From Neoechinorhynchus agilis (lineage: Eukaryota > Animalia > Acanthocephala), in NCBI GenBank assembly GCA_051530055.1, contig CM121341.1, forward strand, positions 682,001-746,000: DNA of 64,000 nt. The letters run 5' to 3'. Under the pieces are notes generated by a model. That model was not told where the DNA came from, ran no database searches, and was given only the letters and a program-made list of their open reading frames with translations. Made by a program: the position numbers and the translations under genes. Positions 38,694-50,739 of the stretch are shown piece by piece; the stretch's first letter is position 1; the number at the start of each line of letters is the position of its first letter.

Positions 38694-38856
38694 TTACTTT
38701 TTATTGCGAATTACAATAATTGATTTATTTGATAATTTTAGGCTTTCGAGTAGACCTTCTTCATCAGTTTATTGCGCTTGTAAGTTTTTAAATGAAAGCC
38801 TAAGCGAAGGCCGAAAATTATCAAATAAATCATTATAATTCGCTATAAAAAAGTGA
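38694..38856. ncRNA. Inverted pair of degenerate minimal hammerhead-like motifs (Penelope pLTR type)
   Basis: Perfect 19-bp inverted repeat tgatttatttgataatttt/aaaattatcaaataaatca within ~50-bp arms; the two arms give consensus CTGATGA-A-GGCC-loop-GGCC-GAAA. Confidence 0.5.
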
Positions 38857-39113
38857 ATGATGAACATCTTTACAATTATGAATTTGTCCCTTCAGCGGTC
38901 TTTGGCTATAATGCGTAATCGGCGGGTTCGAACCCTTTGACCCAAACTACAACAAACTCTTCTACTTTTGCTTGGCGATCCACTAGGACTTAAATTTCAC
39001 CATACCCAAAAAACCCACCAAAAATAGCTTTAATATTATTTTTCAAAAAAAAGAATGAATCAAAAGATATTTCGGGTCGTCTTAGAATTCCCAATTGTCA
39101 CAGATTTGCGTTC

Positions 39114-40203
39114 TTAATTAGAAGAAATTAGTTTGTCAATGTTTGAGACCTTTCGAGGACGACGCTGTCTGATTTGAAACGTTTCTTTAACCAATGACGT
39201 CGGTCTTGGTTCCTTATATCTAACATTCAGAATATTGGGTTAGTTTTGGATACATACCTGATGTAGTCGAAAATATAGTCCACATGCGTTACACAAATGC
39301 TTAAGCAATTATTGATCTGATTTCAAAGAATTTGTACAAAACTGTGCTTATTCGTCTGTACGAGTTAAGAAAAACATTTTCTTAAATCCTTCATCCCGAC
39401 TAATGTAGATCAATAATTGGAATACCGCTTAAAACGCATCTTCTCCAAAGTGTCGATCTTCTAACGCCACAATTATTACAAACCTTATCGATTTGAAGGT
39501 TCCTGATAGCCTACGAACAAATAGTTAAAGAAACAATCGTTATTTTAGAGTTTAAATTTACATTTTTTCTTGATGGTGATAATCCATTAATGTTTCCAGG
39601 TAATCGCTCCACTGCTACTCGGTAGCTTTCACTTTCTTTGGTTGCTTTCCGAATACTGTCAAGTCGCACCTTTTTCTTTTTATGACCTATTTAAAGCGGT
39701 GATATAATAGGTCTTTATGAACGCGATAAGCCTCGGACGTTAAGTTGAAGTTCATTTTTGGTTCAGGGTAAAATGAAGCGGCGAGTACTCAAGTCGAAGA
39801 AGATGTGACTAATTTAAATCATGAAAAGTGAATTTGAGAAAATACCTATTTGTTTGTTTTGCACTTCGTTTTTTCTTAACATTATGTCTTGTACGTGGAA
39901 TTGATTTGACGTAACTGAAAACGAGAAATCCTGATCATTGTCAAGAAATGCGTTCAAACTGTGATCTAATTGCTCTTTTTGTTCTTGATTGTCGTAGTAA
40001 TTGGGAATGATCTGGTACTGATTGAATTGTACAGATTGGTCATCACTATATCCACGACCATAACCGTCGTATCCAAGTTCACAATTTTGTGAGTAAATCA
40101 TCGGATACTCGTGCAGATCGGTGCTGTATTGGCCATTATAGTCGAATCGAATCGGCGGTTGTTGCTGGTAATGCACGAATTTCAAGTTGTTGCTGTTGTT
40201 CAT
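39114..40203 (-). CDS. GATA: Single-finger GATA transcription factor, five exons (40203-39846, 39686-39562, 39510-~39424, 39299-39258, 39212-39114), ~236 aa
   Basis: CNNCGVRRSTLWRR...HLCNACGLYFRLHQ|EPRPTSLVKETFQIRQRRPRK is a GATA finger plus basic tail. Three introns are canonical and in frame; the one inside the finger is anomalous. Confidence 0.88.
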
Positions 40204-41152
40204 TATAGACACCGAATAAAGATCGTTTGAGCTATTTATTGCCGCATGACTGCTATGTCAGCACGAATAGGTAGCACTGAGTTAGAAATAGGTTGAAAAA
40301 TGAAATCCGAAACGGTAGCAATCATTGAATCTCGAAACGTCCTCAACGAATTGTCTGACATGTAATTCTATACCTTAAAGAACACTTTTTATCCTGTTCG
40401 GTATATAATACTGCCTTGCAAGAAACAGCGACGAATATGTTAAAGTTCAGCCATCTTAGAGTGTTTACACTATAAATGTTTTGAAGAACTTAAAAAGTAT
40501 GCAAAGTTCATTTTTAGTATAATAAATTTAGTATTCCTCTCGAACTTAATAAATTTCGTTAAAACAAGTGTCCATAAAACATAACAAAGATTTTAATGAT
40601 GTCTAACACGCTCTTATTTTTTTCCGACGCAGAATTTCAATTTTTCTCAAATCTATCGGCGAATTTTAAATTATCTCGCCATACCAATCTTAACATGACA
40701 CCACATATTAGTAAATTCTTCGAAATCAACAAAAAGTATTAAACACATTAAAGAATTCCGATATTCAATGGCTTAGTGAAAAGTATATATATATTTCCAG
40801 TTATTTCGTTTTTTGATTTTAATGTTTTCTTTGCTATACGCTATCTTTGCAATGCGCTGCTCACCTAAGGTAACACGAAACTTAACACTTTCCTCATTTA
40901 TCTCTATTTTCTTCAGATAAACATTTACAAACGACGGATTTGGAATCAATCCTAGATGTTTTTTTCAAAATTGTTTGCCCAAAACTACGACGAATCGCTT
41001 ATTCTTCTTAAATACAGAGAGTGAAACCCCAGAAAGGTAAAAACGTTCTCAAAATAATCGCAATAAACGACCTGCCATATTCTCCAAACCACGAAAAGAT
41101 ACTTGAACTTTATTAGTGCATTTTAATCGACGAAATGTTCATAGATCGATAA

Positions 41153-43520
41153 GTGCACACACACCAAGTTCAATGTCGTTATTATCACGCGGTCGTTCAA
41201 AACGGTGAAGTGACAGTAGAATACCGAAAAGAGATGGGAACTTTAGTAGAAGAGCCTGCATGTGTACTCGTAACGGGTTTTGATCGAAGATTGAGCCAAT
41301 CCCAAGTTGAATGTTTGGCTATACAGGCGTTTATAAAGGTCGGTCATCTTGTTGCAGTAACGGCTGAACGTGTACAAGATTTGATTGGTGGTCATTGGGA
41401 AGTCAAAGTGTGTACTTTTACAGATGAGGAAGTTCTAAAGCTCATACAGACATACAGTAATGATACAATCGATGGTTCGAATAGACTAAAGTTTAAGCGT
41501 ATTCTAACGGTCACTTCACCTCAACATATTATCCGATCCATGTATCCGTTGAAAGGACATTGTCAAGTCCACTGCAATGAAGTGAATGATGCAGCCTTGG
41601 AAGTTGGATTCCTGTTGGTTAAGTTTCCAACTGTCTCGTACCTTGAAAATGCAGTGATTTCAATGCTCAATTCTCATTATCGTCACACATTCCCACTTAG
41701 ATCTTTTCTTAGCTGCTACAGAGTTGTGATGAACGAGGAAGTTCAAATAATGATGAGTTTGTTTAATTTTTAAATCTAACGAAAATAAACAATCTCTTCA
41801 AGTAGATACAATAAACGGAGTCCAACTAGAATATCTCCTCTCCTACATACCCAGCATTGAAGTCATCACCGATCCAGACGGCGTAAAAATGGTTCAAAAG
41901 TGTTCAATTTCAAATGCAAACAATGGTGAAGATCTCCAAACGCCTTTAAGATCGAGACCGCTTCCCCCGATTATGCGTAGTTTTGGTCACGAGGTCTGTC
42001 AGATTCTGCAAAAACAGCCACACTGTCAGTTGGCACTTCATAAAATCGTAAATGAGTATCAAAAGTCGTACGGATCCCCAATTGCATTCAATGCTCGAGA
42101 TTATGGCGAGAATTCTTTGTATGATATGATTTTGCGACTAAGCAATATGTGCCTTATGATGGGCGAAAATGCTGGAGTTGACGAATACAATCGTGTACTC
42201 GACCGGATCCACATTATTACATTACAGCCAAATATACAACGAAGAAGGTTTATTCAAAAGATCACGGCATTGTTGACTGGTGAATTGTCGCAGTCTTCAG
42301 GCTTATTAAACTCAAGCACAGGAAGTACCATGTCTTCCCCTCAAATGGTAGTGCCTTTTGAAGAGATCAAATGCATGTTAATGGAAGACAGTTGTAAACC
42401 GAGTGATTATGGAGCATTTTGTTTCGATGAACTTTTGACGCAAGTCTCCACAAGTAAAGAACTCAGCAGGTTCTTTACTTTAAGACAAGAAGATGGCGCT
42501 CTAATTCCAAAACAAACGCTTACCAATGTGACCATTGAGCAGGCTTGTATTATTAGTGGACTTGCGTTGGATATTCAATCTATACTAAGAAAATGGCCCA
42601 ATGCATCAATGCCATTTCATCAATTTATCCCTTTGTATCATCATGCGACAAAACACCAATGCAAAGTGGAAGCTTATGGTGTAAGCAAGTTAGAAGATTT
42701 GTTCAACGCGATGATCGATACTATCCTAGTATTTAAAAATGAACATAATGTCAGGTCTATTCGACTAACTAGTGAAATAATTAAGTCTATATTGCTTGAT
42801 AATGTCCACAAATTACTTTTGAGTTCTAAAAGTTACCGAATGACAATGCTTGAGATGGAATCGCAATATATGAAGGCTTTCTGTGTACCTATAATCGACT
42901 TTAAATTACTAGGATACCAATCATCTGTTCATATGCTTTTATCGATTTCCAAGGACACAATTTCAGTTCAAGATTTCAATAGCAATACCTTGAGTGTTGA
43001 TAAACTATCCAATGGAGATTTTGATCGTACAGTGGTGATTGTTCTGAACGTTGGTACTTATGAAAAGACACTTCGATTAAAGAAAAGGGTATTAAAACAA
43101 CTATTATCAAATGGAAAAGTCGATGATTTCTCATCGGACTATTTGAACTATCTCAGAAATCGGCATTTTCTTAATAAATATTTGACCATGGATCTTCAAC
43201 TCACTCCTTTGGGAAAGTTTGCCCGAGCGTGTTGTTACATCTTGAACCGGATGAACGGTAAACAATGCGACTTGGCAGCGTTCGAAATTATTTACCATAA
43301 AACTTTTGGAGTACGTTTGAGGCCTCGTGTTTATGGATCTCTTTTTGTCGATCGACTGTTTACATTTATTACCGAAATTGTTTCTGTCAATGACCATCGT
43401 CTTCAACCAAACCAACGATCAATGGCTTCTCAAGACGCCAACAACCGACAAGCTTTTAGCGTTACACTTAATAGTGAGTATGAAGACGTGGTAATTAAGA
43501 GGGACTCAATTAACATTTGA
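41153..43520 (+). CDS. MARF1: MARF1/limkain-b1-like protein (RRM plus multiple LOTUS/OST-HTH domains); intron ~41757-41802; 5' end unresolved
   Basis: RRM VTGFDRRLSQSQVECLAIQAFIKVG; GVQLEYLLSYIP; LOTUS MPFHQFIPLYHH..KHQCKVEAYGVSKLEDLF closely resembles MARF1 ([31 protein letters not shown]). Confidence 0.85.
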
Positions 43521-43933
43521 ACTTAACCGTCGTTGTCCGCAAAAAATGCGTTTTTGCTTTATAAAACAGTAACGTGTTTATTTGTTAAATTAAGGAACCT
43601 ATATTTTTGTACAACAATTAACACTGTTCTTTTCATGAGCTAACATAATGTAAATGATTTTTAGACGAACTCCTTTTTTTTAACAACCGAATTAAAAACT
43701 CTAGTTCTCCTATGTAACAACAAAACATAATTTCGGTTATTTATCACATGATGATATTTGAAACAACAAAGCAAATACACAATTTCCGTAGGTTTTAATA
43801 CATTACCAAAACTCACGAAGGCAAGGATAATGCTTAGAAAAAATTTATAAATTTCAAGATAAAGTTTAAAAAAAGGAGAAACTGCGAATATTGTTTGTAT
43901 TTATTTGTTTGGTGATTGAGCAAATAGAAATTA

Positions 43934-44065
43934 ATTTATTAAAATCCCTTTCACAATATTTCGTCCATCTCGTTGGGCTTCTTCAGATTGCATGTGAAAA
44001 CTTAAAAGCAACCTGAAGAAGTCCGACGAAACGGATGAAATATTGTGAAACGTATTTTAATAAAT
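43934..44065. ncRNA. Inverted pair of minimal hammerhead-like motifs (Penelope type)
   Basis: Arms are reverse complements over ~55 bp; combined consensus CTGAAGA-A-GTCC-loop-GGAC-GAAA-TATT; right-hand core starts at 44013. Confidence 0.6.
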
Positions 44066-44444
44066 CAATCTCCATGTTATCAATCACCGAATATTGTGTG
44101 ATAGCATTTTTCCTTTTTAATTTCAAATGCACAAATTTTTTGCTAGAGTATTAAAAAGTAAGAAGGCGAGAATTATATTTTATTCAGTATGCAGATTGGA
44201 TTATAGCTGCGAAAACGGCTCACCAATATTTAAGACGTAGACTGTTGAAGCAAATCATCGTCTACATTATCCATGAAAGATGAGATAACATTCGCACTCT
44301 ACACATTTTTTCCTCATTTACACAAGAACAATTTTGAGGAACATTGACTCCGCATTTTAAACATATTGACTCATTTGATAGATATGTTTTAGACTATTTT
44401 CTCCATACACGGCTGAATAGACACACATTCCATGGATTTCGGTC

Positions 44445-44651
44445 TGGGAAGCGCTGATCTGCGCTCAATGCCCAAAGACCGTACGGTAAAAGAGTTTGTA
44501 AGAATCCCTCCGGATTCTCAGATACCTCCAGGAGGCAGCACTCATCAGTGAGTTTCCTCTTCCCTTCAGTAGTATTTTGTCCCCTGGAGGGATGTACAAA
44601 CTATTATATCGTCCGGTCTTGGGCCATTGAGTGCAGACCAGCGCTTTCCCA
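44445..44651. mobile_element. MITE-like element, ~205 bp, ~45-bp imperfect TIRs
   Basis: tgggaagcgctgatctgcgctcaatgcccaaagaccgtacg versus reverse complement of cgtccggtcttgggccattgagtgcagaccagcgctttccca. Confidence 0.75.
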
Positions 44652-44807
44652 AAAAATAATCTAAAACATATCCATTAAAATACTAGCGGCTGAGCCACCC
44701 ACAAGAATGCCTACTGACTCATTGTTCTCATCCATGAGTTGTTAACACACTACTTTCCCCACGACGAATGCTTTAACACAATCTGTACTTTGAATCCGAA
44801 GAGAGCA

Positions 44808-46751
44808 ATGAGAACTCTCTGTTTTATTTCGGTGTTGTGTATACTCACCAGGTAGATGATAATCATTACCATTTTTTTCTTAGCGTTCTAAAGGTGCCAA
44901 GACTGCAATTACTTTGACGATTACGAGTGCATTGATGGAAAATATTGCAGAAGAGTATATGATCGGTACAATTCTACAGGCGATTCCTTCACTGAATGTA
45001 GAGTGAAATGTGGTCGAGGTAGCACGCTGTGGCCCATGCCCACTGGCGTAATCTCTGTTTCACAAGAGCTGATAGAAATCGATATCGGATCGATTGAACC
45101 TAAAATTAGTACAAAAGATGGAAAAATCGAAAAATCATCAGAACTGTTTGGAGCTATAGAAAGTATACATCGAGTGGTGTTTGGTCAATTGTCCACTAAA
45201 TTTCCTACTTATTCCAAATCGAAAAATGCAAGGAAATTGCAAATTCAATCTCAACTCTCAACGGACAACATCACTTTTGACTATGACACTGACGAATCTT
45301 ACACTCTGATGTTTAATGCTGATAAGGATATCCCGTTTTTCATTTACGCTAATCATTATTCTGGCTACAGAAACGGTCTGGTCACTCTTGGTCAGCTCGT
45401 GGTCTATAACAGTGTTCATAAAAAATTCGAAATTCCAAAGGATATTCTAATTAGGGATTCACCTAGATATCCCCACCGAGGAGTGATGATCGATACCGGC
45501 CACAATTATTTGCCCGTTACAGACATTATCAATCTACTAGAAGGATTAGCAATGAGCAAAATAAATATTGTTCATTGGCACGTCACTGACAGACAAAGCT
45601 TCCCTCTGATTACCCCTAATCTTCCTATAATTAATATTTATGGAATCTTAGAAAAGAACCAATTCTACAACGATCTCGATTTAACCTACGTTGCTTTAGT
45701 GCAGGTCTTTTATGATCAATATCAATTCCGGTGCTATTTAAGAAATTTCAATCTGTAGAAAAAAGGTTTTAATAAGTGATATAAGCCGGTCTGAAATTTA
45801 TTCGAGAATTTTATAATGTTAAATTTTATTGTTCGTCATAAAAGATTTGTTGTAAAAGCACGTGAGTTGGGAATCCGCATAATTCCAGAGGTTGCACCGA
45901 TAGACCGAATGGGCGCTGGTTTTGAATGGGGGCCAGTCAATGGGTTAGAAAACCTGGTCACATGTCTCACTTCTCAGGCATGTGAGGATCGACCGTGTAG
46001 TCAATTGAACGTGGATTACGAAGCGTCGTGGAATATGTGGATTGATATTCAATATGAAGTTACAAGAGTTTTCGGTGAGTGGACGTACCATTTAGGAGGC
46101 GATGCTGCTGATAAGAACTGTATTGGATCCGGACCATCGAATTACTCGTACAAATGGGCGAATGCACTTCGAACGGCACGTCAAAGTCTCTTATCAACAA
46201 TAAAATCAAAACAATCGAAAATAATTGTATTTTCAGGACCTTGGATCACGGAAATCGACGATCCCCTTTCACCGACCGAATTCATAGTTCAGATCAAATC
46301 GGAGGAAGGAAGTGATGATTATGCAAAAGCTCTTACAATGGGATACGATGTGATAGTTTCTGCGAGGGATAAGCTCGACTGGGAATGTGGCCTTGGAAGC
46401 TACTATAACGGTAGCTACGGTGCACAAATGCCACATTGTAAGGGGCAAAGCGGATGGCAGCGCGCATATGACCTAAAGCTGCCGGTGTCGTCTAAAGGAA
46501 CAGTTTTAGGCGCAGAAGGATACTTATATTCGGGCAAATCAGATAGTAGTGGAACTCAAGAATTGATTTTGACACGAGCTGCAGGTCTTGCTGAGAGACT
46601 GTGGTCGAATCCTCCAAACAATCACGTAGATGCTTTCGATCGCCTTGCATACCATGTCTATTCGAGACTGAACTTCTTGGGATATAGAGCAGAAAGCGTA
46701 TCGCCACAGTGGTGTCTCCAACATATGGGAAAATGCTTATTAAGACAATGA
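44808..46751 (+). CDS. GH20 beta-N-acetylhexosaminidase-like protein (Cys-rich N-terminus as in insect Hexo/fdl types), probably catalytically impaired; introns 44852-44893 and ~45690-45845
   Basis: Signal peptide, C..CG...LWPMPTG, YPHRGVMIDTG, KINIVHWHVTD.QSFP, GIRIIPE, HLGGD, RAAGLAERLW, PQWCLQH.G.C. Confidence 0.88.
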
Positions 46752-46802
46752 GTGTGAGAATTTGGACTTAATTTACATCTCACATTCATAATAAATAAAA
46801 AA

Positions 46803-48757
46803 TTATTTTGGAGCGAGTTTTAGTGTGTTGTAGCGCGTGATATCTGGTCTTTTTACGAATCGAAATCTATTGAGCTGGCCAGTCGAGAGTTCCAAAGCAA
46901 GCATACGGTTCGCGGTGAGGCAGTCGTACCCATGAGGGCAAGAACGAGGAAGGGGTGCACCCCCGAACGTTGATACCATCCGCTCTCCGGCCCGATAGCT
47001 GGCATAATGAATCATTGTCCACATCTTTTCTGTAACAACTTCATTATCAGCAAGTCGAAACCCATCCAGATTGTTGGCCTCAACCAGAGACCAAGCAATG
47101 TTAGCCACAAACATTTTGACTCCAGATTCGTAACAATCAAACTTATCGATGTCCAAATAAGGAACTCCGAGCGAGACCTTATCCTTAAACTCTCTAGGTG
47201 GATAGAAGCTATAAGAAGCCAAATCACCCACATCGCGACTTATGGCACACCAAAAGTCCACGGTGTGATGATTGACGTCAGACACGAGCTCGTCTCTAGT
47301 CCACCTAGCGAAAGCAAGTGCTAACGGGTGACCAAGGAAGATAGACACAGCATCGATCCCCTTGGTGCTGCAGACCGCTTAGATATCATTGACCGTCCCC
47401 ACTTTCCGGCGGCCGTCGTTTTTAGGGACGCGAAATCCGATCTGAGAGACGTCCAGTTGATGGGTTAAGCAGTTGGAGTAGCAGTCGATATTTTGTGAGA
47501 ACGCCCTTGTACAAGCCACAGTCGAAGTCCCATTGGAACCTGACGCCAGAAGCGAAATGCACGTTAAGCTTACCCATGACCCGATAGGAATTGGTCGATA
47601 CGGCAATGAATAACAGGAGGTTCTCCTGCAGAGGAATAGACTGATAAGCCTCGCCGATGCGAGTTCCGGTAAGGATCGACAATCCAAAAACATCATAAGG
47701 GAAGCCGCTTACGGCACTTCCCTGACTGAAAATAAAGCGCTCAACCACCTGAGTTTCATTTTCCATCGTTACCGTGAGTGCATAGAAAGTTTGGACCGCT
47801 TGCATTTCAAAGGCATCCATGAGCATTTGGTAGGAAAAGAGGCCCTCCGACTCCATTACATAGTGCTCTCCGATCAAAATCGGGTGACATTTGCTCCGGT
47901 GCATCAGCGAATCTATTCAGCCGGAAGCCAAACGACATAACCGTCGGTGCTATAGTCGGACATCCGCTTCTTGGCCAGTTCTCCGGTAGCATGCGATTAA
48001 GCAGCGGGTGCGGCCAAGCCATACTCGCATATCTATTGCGGTCCCCACATCACACAAGGGAGAAAAACAGTACGGACCGACGATAAAACTCGAGAAGTCC
48101 AACTGCGCTCTCTCCATACTCTTCCTTTATGCACACTCAAGCCCTTGACTGTAACGCGGAAACTGAACATCGCATAGATGCGATAGTGATAAACAAAGCG
48201 ATCATCTTTAAGCAAGACTGGGGTTCGAAATAACCCCGAGAGAGTGTAAAGAGTCTGTGGCGTGAGAGCCAAAACAAATTTCGCAAATTGGGAGATAGAT
48301 GCGAAAAAGTTATCTCCATAGCAGTGTGGTGGTCGCCACGGGTGGCAGCCAGAAACCTATCGATTGTTGTAGATAAACGGCAAGGACAAAGCTCCGCATG
48401 GTAGAAGTCCTTTAGGTCACCAACCGTCTGATAAAAAACACTTCAATGCTCTTATAACACATTAGATCAGTCGCAATCGACAAGATATTTACAGCGACAT
48501 TCGGTTGGGACTTTTCGTCATACTGGCACTAGGGGAAGGTCTAGCACTATGCTCAATCAACGATATAGGGACGGAGCCTCCTTCAAACACACATCGACGT
48601 CCGACACTAGCTTAGGAGAGCGGGGCTCTATTACTCGAGCATCATCTACACTTTGACCACACACAAACAACACAACTTTGAGGCATGCTCTAGTCAATCC
48701 GGCAACGAATTGTTTATAGGTTCCTTGTTTAGCAGACGTATAAAAAAGTGTAATCAA
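46803..48757 (-). pseudogene. ~2-kb decayed intronless coding region of unrecognised family (possible endogenous viral element)
   Basis: Chain of minus-strand ORFs (48557-48757, 48137-48319, 48033-48272, 47422-47904, 47379-47696, 46803-47348) linked by single frameshifts or stops; visibly more GC-balanced than the flanks. Confidence 0.5.
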
Positions 48758-49095
48758 TTTTTACCCTAAATCACAAAACGTTTATAAATTGGCGTTTGGA
48801 CTTATTCGGAATTTGAAACGTAGGAGTTAGGGAACATCCCAACAGTTCATACTTCAAAATTATGCAATATCCGAGCTCTGCGGAGAACGTGGTTGTAGAT
48901 GCTGAATGTTGCCGGCAAAAAGAAATTTAAACCTGCAATTTAAAATTGCCACGGATAAAAATAAAGGCATCTTTAATAAAAGTAGATCATGACAATTATA
49001 CACAATCGAATTTTTTAACATTAAACAGGAATTGAAAGCAAAAGAAAATGAACACGAGTTGCCAACTAAGTTTTACTAAGTCTAAAATTCTAAGA

Positions 49096-50684
49096 TCAAC
49101 AACGGCAAGCGTTGCAATTATTACAAACGTTTTCAGCAGCGTTCTTGTAACAAGAACGTAAGGGTGCCGAAATCGCTTTACGCACAACGTTCCCTTGCTT
49201 TTGGCCGCTTGAACAGATTTTGGAACCACTTTCCTGACAAATCGGTTTCCGCACAGTGTCCTCGGGACTTTCCTTGATTGAATTTTTCACGCCCTCTGAT
49301 TTCGGTTGGATGAATGTGATTCGAAGCGCTGGGATCGCAACGGCTGGCGCTAAGGGCGCGCTTTTCACCGATGACACAAGAGCTGGCTCCGGTTCACAAA
49401 CTGATTCCGGTTCGCAAACTGACTCCGGTTCATAGAATTGTGATGGTTCACAGACTTCCTTCGGTTCGTAGACTGGCTGCTGCCTAAACCCTGATGTTCT
49501 TCGAGAACAACTTTGACAAACTGGCTCCGGTTCATAGAATTGTGGTGGCTCACAAACTGACTCAGGTTCACAAACTGACTCCGGTTCATAGAATTGTGAT
49601 GGTTCATGACTTCCTTCGGTTCGTAGACTGGCTGCTGCCTAAACCTTGATGTTCTTCGAGAACAACTTTGACAAACTGGCTCCGGTTCATAGAATTGTGG
49701 TGGCTCACAAACTGACTCAGGTTCACAAACTGACTCCGGTTCATAGAATTGTGATGGTTCACAGACTTCCTTCGGTTCGTAGACTGGCTGCTGCCTAAAC
49801 CCTGATGTTCTTCGAGAACAACTTTGACAAACTGGCTCCGGTTCATAGAATTGTGGTGGCTCACAAACTGACTCCGGTTCACCAAACTGACTCCGGTTCA
49901 TAGAATTGTGATGGTTCACAGACTTCCTTCGGTTCGTAGACTGGCTGCTGCCTAAACCCTGATGTTCTTCGAGAACAACTTTGACAAACTGGCTCCGGTT
50001 CATAGAATTGTAATGGTTCACAGACTTCCTCGGGTTCGCAAACTGACTCCGGTTCATAGAATTGTGATGGTTCACAGACTTCCTTCGGTTCGTAGACTGG
50101 CTGCTGCCTAAACCCTGATGTTCTTCGAGAACAACTTTGACAAACTGCTCCGGTTCATAGAATTGTAATGGTTCACAGACTTCCTCGGGTTCGCAAACTG
50201 GTTCCGGTTCATAGAATTGTGATGGTTCACAGACTTCCTTCGGTTCGTAGACTGGCTGCTGCCTAAACCCTGATGTTCTTCGAGAACAACTTTGACAAAC
50301 TGACTCCGGTTCATAGAATTGTAATGGTTCACAGACTTCCTCGGGTTCGCAAACTGGTTCCGGTTCACAAACTGGCTGCTGCTCGAACCCTGAAGTCCTT
50401 TGATAACAACTTATACAAACTGGCTCCGGTTCTTCGAATTGTGCTGGTTCGCAGACTGGTGCTTTTGGCGCTATCATTCTACGGGCAGGTTCCGATTTAC
50501 AGGCTGCCATTTCGCGATTGTTTGGTGTTCGTTGGACCACAACTTTGAATGTTTTAACGATGTTTTTAGCTGGTTCAGCACCCCAGATTGGTTCTTGTCT
50601 ACATTCTGCTGGAGAACAACAGCCTCCGTGGCAGGATGCAATGGCGATGAAAGCGGAAGCAAAAATGAGAGCGTAGAAGTTCAT
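49096..50684 (-). CDS. Secreted Cys/Glu/Pro-rich tandem-repeat protein (156-bp/52-aa units) with three 1-bp indels in the array
   Basis: Signal peptide MNFYALIFASAFIAIASCHG; unit VCQSCSRRTSGFRQQPVYEPKEVCEPSQFYEPE plus VCEPE sub-repeats; anchor spacing 155, 156, 157, 156, 155; the repeat frame runs into the 49096-49377 Cys-rich C-terminus. Confidence 0.8.
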
Positions 50685-50739
50685 TTAAGTTCACGAGTTT
50701 GCTATTGATGATCAATGATTAATCGACCCTATCTGCCCT

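Noticed and set aside
38920-38936. tRNA or tRNA-SINE (GGTTCGAACC B-box)
   Set aside because: No cloverleaf or convincing A-box nearby.
44852-44893. A general 'AG+1' acceptor rule explaining all out-of-frame introns
   Set aside because: It fails for the first GH20 intron, the myosin, MARK and ZEB introns I traced use ordinary acceptors, and one in three AGs fits by chance.
49365-50368. HHNSMNRSQF repeat protein in the ORF track
   Set aside because: Alternative frame of the CEP repeat produced by 1-bp indels; the CEP frame is continuous with the signal peptide and unique C-terminus.
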